The notes under the pieces are model-generated. The model did not search any database. It saw only the letters and a program-made list of their open reading frames with translations, and was not told the origin of the DNA. Position numbers and translations under genes: made by a program. DNA of 64,000 nt, from positions 4,880 to 68,879 of the forward strand of contig JAUCBJ010003160.1 of assembly GCA_032718475.1 (NCBI GenBank). The letters run 5' to 3'. Of this stretch, positions 25,238 through 35,139 are shown piece after piece (the stretch's first letter is position 1; every line of letters begins with the position of its first letter). The stretch is from Nemertoderma westbladi (Eukaryota > Animalia > Xenacoelomorpha).

Positions 25238-26415
25238 GTAAAAGCTTTTGCGGAATTAGCCGGTTATTTTCCCCGTAAAGTACTCTGTAGTTGGTTTAAC
25301 AGGCATAAAAGGCCGTATCCTTACTGTACTGGTGTTTTAGTGGACATAAAAAGCCATTTCTTCTGTATGTGTACTTTAGCGGACATAATTAGCAATTCTA
25401 TGTCGCAATAAGCGAAATCCTCTTGAAACAGTGTAGTTACTATGACGACAGCTAACAGCTGATCTGTACACATGTAGCTTTTTCCTTGTTCTCTGGTGTT
25501 TCTTTGTTCAGTCAACCAATCAGGGCGATTCTCCTGCTTTTTGTACAGAAACCTCCGGGAAATCGCGCAATGCATTATGTGTCAATGTTTACATTTTGTC
25601 CTGAGCCCAGAAGACCGGCTTTGGAATCTCTGTGTTTTCAGTCTTTAGCCCAACATTAGTAGGCTTAATTATAGAACGTATATCTGTTATCTTACTTAAC
25701 TAATCATACCATAACATATCATAACCATTCATACCTTAACATTTGTACTGCTATTTACTGTCGGTTATTCATTATATCAGTTGATGGAATATTATTATAT
25801 TTGGAATACCGATAAATAATTACAAAACCCTCAATCTTCTTGATATACTGAAGGTAAGAAAGACCGGTTACATATAACGATTGCGACTTACATTAAAGTG
25901 GTTTTTGAAGTGAATCTAATGCTATTTCATAGGCACTACATGTATTGGTTGTTGTTCTCTTTATATGTGACTAAAATTAGTTAAGGTCGGCAGATCGGTG
26001 TGCAGCATTGTGCAGTATTGTGTATGATTGTGACTGATAACAAAGCATCTCCTAAAGAATGCGCCATATACGTGAATCCATAGCCATCCCGTTGTGTCTA
26101 GTTTAAGTCATAACTCTGTTTACATATTTAGAGCACCACGTCCTAAAGGAACTGTTAATATTTCCCGAAAGTGAATAATATTTGTCAGAGATTATATATT
26201 ACGATCAGTCGAATAATACAGTAGGCCTACACCGCAATAAGGTTAGGCTTCCGAATCCAGTCTCCCGGGTATATCCAGCGGGTGAATGGTCGCGCATAGA
26301 CTGGCTTCGGCTAATGTAGTGTATCAAATACTCGTCATAGGCTAAAGACGATTTATTATCTAGAAGACATCCCAATTTGGCAGGTTAAACTGCTAAAGGT
26401 CTGAAAGCGCGAACA
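25238..26415 (+). repeat. 5' LTR
   Basis: (T)GTAAAAGCTTTTGC...AAAGCGCGAACA; direct repeat of 39477-40660. Confidence 0.93.
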
Positions 26416-26694
26416 ATAACAGATATAGCTTCTGTATTGCAGTAAGCAATAAAGCTGAAGTACCGGTCAACCGGTACCTAGTAGGCCTGACTACCTAACC
26501 ACCCGGACCGGTACCTACAGCAGTACAGGTACAGCAGTATTATTCGATTTGATAATTATATACCGGTAGGCCTTAATATTGAATCAGGGAGGGCCCGCCC
26601 TGGTTTTTTATTGAGATTTTACTTATTTCTGTCAGTTTTATTTATTTGTAGGCCAATATTGAGCAGAAGGCGTGTAAGCCTGCTCAGATTGTAC

Positions 26695-27272
26695 AGATAA
26701 TTTGTAGGCTGGACTGTTGTCTGACTGTTGTTAAGTCTGAAGGGACTGTAGTGTGTGTAGAGCGTATGTCCGAAAAAGTACTAGTTAGGAAAGTAGGGGC
26801 TTCCAGTGCTGTGAGGTAAACCCCCTCGAAAGAATAAGTCGTACTACTCGGTTAGAATGCATACTAACTAACCATTTCGGAGTCTGCATATACTGTAGTG
26901 TATTTAGGCTTGATAGTAGTCTGCCAGCGTTTGTTCTGTACTTTGTTTGTGTAGTCTGTACGGGTAGCGTAATATTTCTTATTTAGATAATTTGTAGGCT
27001 GGATTTTGCCTGGCTGTTGTTAGGTCTGAAGAGATTTCGGTGTGTGTAGAGTGTATGTCCGATAAAGTGCCAGTTGGGAACGTAGGGGCTTCCAGTGCTG
27101 TGAGGTAAACCCCCTCGAAAGAATAAGTCGTACTACTCGGTTAGAACGCATACTAACTAACCATTTCGGAGTCTGCATATACCGTAGTTTGTTTAGGCTT
27201 GATAGTAGTCTGTCAGCATTTGGTCTGCATTTTGTTTGAGTAGTCTGTACGTGTAGCGTAATATTTATTATT
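26695..27272 (+). repeat. Two tandem ~290-bp repeats in the 5' leader of the LTR element
   Basis: AGATAATTTGTAGGCTGGA...GTAGCGTAATATTT occurs at ~26695 and ~26985 with a nearly identical core. Confidence 0.88.
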
Positions 27273-29081
27273 CAGAGTTTATGCGATTATTTGCAACATT
27301 CATATCCCCAAGTTAATTCCTACAGTAATTGTGCTTGTTATATATACCGTTATAGTTAAACTAACCCCGGTACTACATCAGGGCTGCTTGGCGTAGGTAA
27401 AGACTGGTGATTTTGTGCCCCGGTCACTCCAGCAGATACCGTGGTTCTTTTAGCTGTTCAAGTATTTTTAACTACTGATTATTTGTCGTATAAGTACTTG
27501 TACCTAATTTAGGGTTTAGTGTACAGTGCTTTCCGAAGGTGATTAGTGTGTAGGCAGTATATTTGTGTTGTAAAGTGGTTAATAGGCACGTTGGTTCTCG
27601 TAGACCACGGTAATTAACTTCTAGGTAGGAACACTCCATGATACATAACGTAGTACTTATAGCGATACGGCTACAAGTCGTCAGATGGTGGTATTTTCCT
27701 ATCTGGACAACGCAGTATATTTACTACTACTTATTATTTTCAAATACCGTAGTACCCTGTCCGTTGTAATAACCAGATATTCTAACACTTTGTTAGGCTG
27801 GTTTGTAGACTTCTTGTAAAATTATCCTAAAATTTCGTACTTGTAATTTTTTGTGTTTATTTAGAGATTGTAATCTCACACCGAATTGTACGTAATTTGT
27901 AGTATTAAGTAACTTAGGTAAATTAGAATTATTTGTTTTAGTGTCCAACAAGTAGCACTTCACTGAGAGCGCACAGCTTCTGTGTAGTGACTCCCCCCAG
28001 AAATAATAACATTTATTTCAAATATTGACAAAAACCCATTAAACGGGTATATATATTATAAATCAACTCAAACGATTTATAAATAGTAGGCCTGCCATAC
28101 AACAATTAGGTCTCAATATCAGTTGGACTACTGCTCAAATAACGGTAATAAAGTAAGTAAAGTAACCAAGTAACCCCTAAAAATTCAGAAATTCAATTAT
28201 TTAAAATAATTGACATACCGGTATTCACGATAGGCTTATTATATTTATTTCTATAAATTTAGGCTAAATTATATACCGGTATTCTGTGATTAATTCTAGT
28301 CTGTAATTATACTTATATATATACATTATAAGTGTAAGCTGTATACTGGTATTCACGATAGGCCTATTATATATTTATATATATTTGTGCTGAAATTACA
28401 TAACGGTATTCTGTGACAAACCTAGTCTGTAATAATACTTATATATATATACTATAAGTGTATACCGGTATTCTAATATATTATATATATATCACGCTAC
28501 ACTGAGTAGCAGTATCGGTGATCAATTACTAAGCTAACAGTGATACTGAATTACTAAACTTGCTTTAACTGTAATATAGCAGTAGGCATTCAACTGTACA
28601 AACAAACATGTCTGACACAAAGCAAAACCTGTCAGACAGTCTCCTAGATACGACCATCTGTGACCCAGACAGGAGTGTGGAACGTGTGAGACCGAAGTTC
28701 AACTCACCTCCTACTGTAAGAAAGATCATTCCCCAGTAGTAATATCAGACCCTAGGCTAGTCCAACATCGTAGGTCTATCATAGGCACTCGAGCTCAGGT
28801 CAAGCGGGACCAAGAAGCAGCGGAACAGCAACAACCCGCGAGCCGAGAACTTATTTCTCAGCGGCCCGACAGCTCCAGTAGTGCGGATACTGTAGAGCTG
28901 ACACCCGAGTGCGGAGCAAAGATGGCAGATGCAGTTTATTCGGATCCCCTTCTCATCCTTCCTGCAGCCGTACCCACTAGGGTATTGATTGCGGTGGAGG
29001 AACACCAGATTGATTGGGCAAGAAGTAAGCGATCGACCAAGGATAGTTATACGGGATATACAAGGGAAGAACTGAAGTCTA

Positions 29082-32000
29082 TTGTCGCAATGGAACTTCC
29101 CCGGACCCAGACTCCCGTTTGACTTATCGGAAGCTGCCTGGGAAGACATACACAGGATGGGAGTGACAAAGGAAACCAGCGATCCAGCTGTGTGGAAGAG
29201 GTCAGCAGCCGGATACGTACAGGGATTCTTCAGCTCCATGGAACGATTAGAGGAACAATTGTTTAGACAACCACAAGGACCTCAAGAGCAGGGAGAGCTG
29301 CTTTATCAAGTTCGAGAAAGAATTCTAAGAATCAGACTAATCCTATCGGCCTTTGAGGAGGCTTCGAAAAGAAGACAAGACACGTCGTTGCAAGTTGCCG
29401 TAAACACTTGGTTACAGCGGGTGAGTCTCCAAGTTCAAAGAACTGCCCCGTGGAAATCTCAGTTAGATGAGCGCTCAACCCTTGGAGAATCAACAGACGC
29501 CACCTTTTCCCAAGTGGAAAGTGAAGCGACAGCAGAGAAACTGCATAAGAGGGATGCTATTGACATCTATCTGTCAGACTATCAACGCTTTGTAGGTGAT
29601 GAAGAGTTGAGGAGACGGCTGGATGGACTTAGCCCTAATAGTGAAGGAGCCAAGCTTGTGTTGGACGCAATCGATGCGGATATGAGAGCTGCGAACCAAG
29701 CTAAATTTGATGAACGCCTCTGCATCGCTAGAGTCCAAGAAGAACAAGTAAAGAAAAAACATATAGAAGACAGAAAGACAGCGGCAGTGGCAGCAGCAGT
29801 AGCAGTGGCAGAAGCGGAAAGAAAGGTGGCAGTGGCAGTGGCCGAAGCGGAAAGAAAGGCGGTAGTGGCAGCGGCAGAGGCAGTGGCAGAAGCAGAACGG
29901 AGGGCATCTGAAGAAACAACCCAACTAGAGTTGGAAAATCTTCAAGAGAATCAAGACTGCATAAATAAACAGTTAACAGCTAGTCAAATGCAGATGATGA
30001 GTCGATCTACTCCCAAAAGACAGGGATATACATCATCTGAGGAAGGCGATACCACCGATCCTGAAGGCGGAGGAAATCGATCTCGCCTAAGCAGACGTAG
30101 AAGAATATCCCACCGTCAGAAATTGCCTGATTTGCCCTCAGCTGTTAGAAGGCAACTAGCTAGCACAGACTTAGGTAGTACAGAACCCACAGACCAAATA
30201 ATTAAAATAGAAAGACTCCCTACTATAGTAGATGAGCCTGAAATAATTAGGCCAGTTCTCAAAGCCACCCCTTTGGTGATAGAGACACCTGTACTCCCAG
30301 AACTTACCTCTAAATTCCCTCTGCACAGCACTAAGCTACCTGTGCCCAGCAGAACAGCCCATGAGACAGTTCATGTCCTGGACTCCGAGCAAAATATTAA
30401 TGATTTGTCGCTCATTGTCCCTCGTCCGCCCGCTACAACGTTGGCGGCTCCCGCTTCGGCGGTCAAGTGGGTGGATGAGAGACGGCGGGGGATGGATCTC
30501 CTGCTCGGGCAGATGCAGGAGACTGTTAAGCAGTTCAAGGGCACAGTAAGGGAAAGTAGGTTAGAGTTGCAAGAAGTGCAGCAAAGTATCGCGTTAGAAC
30601 GCGATAAATTAGTAAATACACAAAAGGGTATACCTCCACCCCCGGTAACAATGTGTCAACCTGTTAGGTCTGAAGTATCTCATGCGCAAGGTGTGGAGCC
30701 TACACGCATCTATACTGCTAGCGAAGTAGAAACTCCTATAGTGAACCCTATTAAGGGTAATTATAAACCTGTTGACAATGATATTCCCTATAGAATTGAT
30801 CATAATCCGCGAAATTTATATACCGATAACTCGATATTAAATAACACGATGGCCCAAGAAAGTTTTACACGTCAAATGGCTAGAACCGAAGCCCGTCAAG
30901 CGGTAAAGGTGGGAGAGATAGTCAAGTTCAATGGAGATGAGATGAAATGGTTACCTTTTAATGAATATTACAAAGATAACATACAGAACTCTGTGCTATC
31001 TAATGGAGAGAAACTTAGATTCCTCATCGAGTGCTTGGAAGGATCTCCCAAGTTAATGGCGTTAAAGTTTATTGGACATCCAGATGGATTAAGACAAGTT
31101 TGGGATACACTAAACATCAGGTATGGTAATAGGACTAACATAGCTAGGTATTTATATGCGAAATTAATGGCGCCCCGAAAGTTTCTTAACAGCGGGATTA
31201 TAGAATTTTCCGACGAGATTCAGGAGATCTGTAGACAACTAGATTGGTTAGGTAAGTCTCATGAATACCAGAATTCTATGGTTGTAGGAGCCTTAGCATC
31301 TACTTTGCCCAAGGGTGGAGTAGGTACACGCTGGGACAAGAAAGTGTTATATATGATGGAACAACAACGAAGAGACCCTACCATGGCTGATCTCATGTCA
31401 TTCTTAGAGGGAGAGGTAAAATTACAGCTCCTAAAACAGTCCGGAGAAAAGACACCGGAAAACAAGGTGAGTGAGAAACCCGTTTCTAGGAGAAAGGTAA
31501 CACGAGTGTGTTATACAGACGACGGCGAAAGCCAGGCTTCTCAAGAGGAAGACAGCGGGAAAGACACTGAAAGATCTTACTATGACAACAAAGCGACTAA
31601 GGACGTAAGTAAATTCAAGTCTCGAACCAATGACAGGAGAGAACAGGTAAGAAAAACTCCTCCTACGTCTCCTAAGAGAATTCATGTAAGAAAGCCCGAG
31701 GAAAGAACGAGTGTACACAACGTTACCCAAAGTAAGGTAAGTAACATCAAACCAAAATGTGTGCTGTGCGACGGGCCCCACCATTTGAATATGTGTGATA
31801 AATTCCTAAAGAAATCATTAAAGGATAGACGTGAAGTCATGTGGGATAAGCGGTTGTGTTATAATTGCCTCAGACAAGGACACCAATGGCGAACCTGTTA
31901 TTCCGACGCAAGGTGTGCTAAGTGCGGCGCGAAACATCATATCTTGTTGCACACTGAATTCGATCGAAACAGCCCGAGTCAGGTAAGTGAGTCCGAACTA

Positions 32001-33422
32001 CATGTCCAATTCAGTGATGTGAACGACACTGACCAAAGTTCTGAGATGGAAGGATTCTATACGGACGAATTCATCGACGAAAACGAATCCTGTTACCTGA
32101 TAAATACCGCAGTGTATCGAGCACTTACGTATGAAAAGGACACCGACAGCGAGCTCCCCCTAACTACTTCTGACCGACAACCATCTTGGAAAGCACCAAC
32201 TTCCAATGTAGGAATCCGAGAATTTCCAGTAGTACAGTTAAGGGTCCACGGACTTAAAAGGAGTTATACAGTGAACGCCCTCCTTGACTCCGGTAGCACA
32301 GGAACATTCATCGACAAAGAACTAGCCGAAGACATCTTTGCTGGACAACCCAAGTTCCGAACTAAGTTAAACATGTCAGGAATTATGCAGGTTTGGAAAT
32401 CTACAGTAATAGCGGATTATTATGTAGGTGCGTTGTCCACCCCCCAGGATGAACTAGGAGAACATAGTATAAGGTCAGTAAAAATGGTGGCGATAAAGAA
32501 CTTCGCTACCAGCCAAGTAGAACCTTATAACTGGGATGAGGACGATTCCACCCAGCAACTTAATATACCTAGATTCAACACAGATTACCCTGGAGTGCAA
32601 ATACTAATCGGCCAAAATGCGCATGAAGCGCTTGAGACATTGGAGAAACGGCCTGCTCAACCGCAACCATTACAAGTCTATGCGGGAAGAACTAGAGTAG
32701 GTTGGTACTTTACTGGCCCTTCCCGTAGAACTCTTATGGAAAGATTACCAAAAGAACAGGTATATCAATTTATTGAATGGGAAGTGGAGAGCAGGGAAGT
32801 TGACGACCCAACTGAGGGAACACCATACTCCTCAGATAATGACGATATTAACTCCAATGTAGATCAATGGAGACATTGCCCCGAGACGATTAATCTGGCC
32901 GACATCGCTTCCAGAGGAGCAACTCCTCAAGAACTGACAGATACTCCAGACTGGTTAGGTGGACCCGACTTCCTAAGTAAAGAAGATGAATGGCCTCCCC
33001 ATCTTACTACGGCTGAGATTAGACAAGCCAGGGGAGCGGAGAAAGTCAAACCTAAAACCCGGACGAGTAAATCAAGGTTATTTAAACCCGTGATAGATCT
33101 GTCTGTACTACACATTGCCAGGGACGACGCTGTGGATCTGAACTCCCCCACCGCGAACCGATCTGTTGTGGAGATCAGAGAGAGAGACTGGAGATCTGGA
33201 ACACCAGACGTCTCGCCGGGACTCTCACCTCTCCTGCCGGGAGCGATGGACCACTATAGATCCTGGAATCGGCTTTGTAAGGCCTTCGTGTATTTGAAGC
33301 GATGTTTCTATCGTCACTATTCCAGGACGAAGAGGAAACCTGGAATTGTCTTCGAGACACAGCAGCTCAATCGCCCAGTTGGTCGTTTATGTATACTGGA
33401 ACGAGACCGAGAACTGTCCTGA
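29082..33422 (+). CDS. BEL/Pao gag-protease polyprotein with RT/RNase H deleted and integrase absent (probable frameshifted 5' extension to ATG 28608)
   Basis: DUF1759-like KFNGDEMKW...EKLRFLIECLEG...RYG, three Zn knuckles (CVLC..H..C, CYNC..GH..C, CAKC..HHILLH), ALLDSGSTGTFI, RTRVGW, then directly QWRHCPETINLADIASRG...W..GPDFL...WP. Confidence 0.88.
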   Translation: MSQWNFPGPRLPFDLSEAAWEDIHRMGVTKETSDPAVWKRSAAGYVQGFFSSMERLEEQLFRQPQGPQEQGELLYQVRERILRIRLILSAFEEASKRRQDTSLQVAVNTWLQRVSLQVQRTAPWKSQLDERSTLGESTDATFSQVESEATAEKLHKRDAIDIYLSDYQRFVGDEELRRRLDGLSPNSEGAKLVLDAIDADMRAANQAKFDERLCIARVQEEQVKKKHIEDRKTAAVAAAVAVAEAERKVAVAVAEAERKAVVAAAEAVAEAERRASEETTQLELENLQENQDCINKQLTASQMQMMSRSTPKRQGYTSSEEGDTTDPEGGGNRSRLSRRRRISHRQKLPDLPSAVRRQLASTDLGSTEPTDQIIKIERLPTIVDEPEIIRPVLKATPLVIETPVLPELTSKFPLHSTKLPVPSRTAHETVHVLDSEQNINDLSLIVPRPPATTLAAPASAVKWVDERRRGMDLLLGQMQETVKQFKGTVRESRLELQEVQQSIALERDKLVNTQKGIPPPPVTMCQPVRSEVSHAQGVEPTRIYTASEVETPIVNPIKGNYKPVDNDIPYRIDHNPRNLYTDNSILNNTMAQESFTRQMARTEARQAVKVGEIVKFNGDEMKWLPFNEYYKDNIQNSVLSNGEKLRFLIECLEGSPKLMALKFIGHPDGLRQVWDTLNIRYGNRTNIARYLYAKLMAPRKFLNSGIIEFSDEIQEICRQLDWLGKSHEYQNSMVVGALASTLPKGGVGTRWDKKVLYMMEQQRRDPTMADLMSFLEGEVKLQLLKQSGEKTPENKVSEKPVSRRKVTRVCYTDDGESQASQEEDSGKDTERSYYDNKATKDVSKFKSRTNDRREQVRKTPPTSPKRIHVRKPEERTSVHNVTQSKVSNIKPKCVLCDGPHHLNMCDKFLKKSLKDRREVMWDKRLCYNCLRQGHQWRTCYSDARCAKCGAKHHILLHTEFDRNSPSQVSESELHVQFSDVNDTDQSSEMEGFYTDEFIDENESCYLINTAVYRALTYEKDTDSELPLTTSDRQPSWKAPTSNVGIREFPVVQLRVHGLKRSYTVNALLDSGSTGTFIDKELAEDIFAGQPKFRTKLNMSGIMQVWKSTVIADYYVGALSTPQDELGEHSIRSVKMVAIKNFATSQVEPYNWDEDDSTQQLNIPRFNTDYPGVQILIGQNAHEALETLEKRPAQPQPLQVYAGRTRVGWYFTGPSRRTLMERLPKEQVYQFIEWEVESREVDDPTEGTPYSSDNDDINSNVDQWRHCPETINLADIASRGATPQELTDTPDWLGGPDFLSKEDEWPPHLTTAEIRQARGAEKVKPKTRTSKSRLFKPVIDLSVLHIARDDAVDLNSPTANRSVVEIRERDWRSGTPDVSPGLSPLLPGAMDHYRSWNRLCKAFVYLKRCFYRHYSRTKRKPGIVFETQQLNRPVGRLCILERDRELS

Positions 33423-34043
33423 AACTATGGAAGGCAAGATACTCTTCCCACGACCACCTCCCTAATCCAACAAACATCTAGGGACTCCCCAACATAACAG
33501 CGTCTGGAGTGGGTGTGTGACTATATTATTTTATATTTGTTTTTATTATTTTATATTTATGTATGTATTATTATGTAATTTTATTATAATCGTTTTCTTT
33601 AATTTTATTTAGTAGAATGTTATTTTAGCGATTATTTAGTAGATTAGTGCAATATATATTAGTGTTTATTACTTAATTACTTACATATTATATATTTACA
33701 GCGACGGCGAGAAATAATTATTTTTTTTTTTCTTTCCTTACTGTCCGTATTACATTACAAATACGTAACTACAGTAAGATGAAATATCCGTACTTATTAA
33801 AGTACAATAAAGCTTCTACTATATTCAGGTATTATTGGTAAAGTAGAGTATTAGGAATGCAAAATTCAGATCCTCGTGTCTCGGCTAAACCAAGCTCTGG
33901 GTAGACCTTGGAAACGACTTGCCTCTTCTCACTGACATTGCTTCGTGCGATATTGCTCTCATACCGTATATTAAATAATACATATAGTAGCGTGATGTCC
34001 CTTTAACAGTAGCGTATAACGCAAAATAAATCTGTTAAACCCT

Positions 34044-34330
34044 TTGACCATCTGCAATTCTAGTCGATTAAGATATCGCGGCACCCACCGATATACTTGA
34101 AAGACAAAATTCTAGAATCAGTGGTTAACGTCCCCAGACAAGTTCTGGAATAAACTGGTGCCCATCCTAAATATTAATTATTAATATTTACAAAATCTGT
34201 CAAATTTTAGATCCTTTAAAATTCTAGTCTATTAAGATATCGTAGCACTTACCGATATTCTTAAAAAGACCAATTTCCTAGAATCAAGGATCCCAGTCCC
34301 CAGACATGTTCTGGAATAAAATTGTGTCTA
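34044..34330 (+). ncRNA. Two tandem predicted structured-RNA units (long hairpin, small hairpin, loop pseudoknot)
   Basis: Same stem layout in both copies, with compensatory changes in the outer stem and the pseudoknot (see findings). Confidence 0.5.
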
Positions 34331-35139
34331 TTTAATATTAAATAATAAAATTTACGGGAATAAATTTAAATTCACATTTTAATGAATTTGATAAATTGTC
34401 ATTTTTATGCAATTTATAACATTCCCAAAATTCCTTTAATTAATAGATCATGGGAGCGGAGATTCACTCTATTAAGTGTATTAGTGTGCGAGAATCTCCA
34501 ATATATAGTCAATAGCCGATAAAATTCATAAAATCATGTATAGAGAGGATATTGACCATTAAAGAATTACTATTAAATAGCATCCCAGATCTGTATGCAT
34601 GAGAATTACCCTAATTCTACCGCTAGCTTTCCATAATGTCACCATGGCAACAACCACGCTAGAATTAGAAGTGAGTTAAAAGAACAATAGAAAGCTTGCC
34701 CCATTGAATAGCATAGGGAATAAATAGCGCACTGCTAGTATCCAAGGATACATAATAATAAAGTGACATTCTGGAAGGCACTGACTAACGGACAAATGGC
34801 CCGAATGTGTACAGTTTGTGACAGTTGTGTTGAATTTGTGTGTTTATAGGTGAATGTTACTGCTAAAGTGTGTTTACAGTAGCGAGTCGCAATTGTGAAA
34901 GTAGCCCTAACTCTCCAGAAAGAACCTGAAGTACATCTAAGCCTTTGGGACGGACAGTGGAGTGACTTGTGCCGGTTATCGTTGTCGTTGTGTAGCTACA
35001 TCGTTGGCGAAAGCACAGCGACGATGGTACATCGGCGCTGAGGATCTTGCACTGTCCGGGGGCAAAGAGGGGTAGGCAGCGACGCCCGCTAGCCTAAAAT
35101 ATAAACTCATTATAATATTGATAAACTCATATAGCAGAT

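Noticed and set aside
25321-25575. 84-aa ORF repeated in the LTRs
   Set aside because: It recurs only because the LTR is repeated, and it is frameshifted in the solo LTR.
26805-26845. Hammerhead-like CTGTGA...GAAA in the 290-bp repeats
   Set aside because: Lacks the CUGANGA core and a convincing stem III/cleavage triplet.
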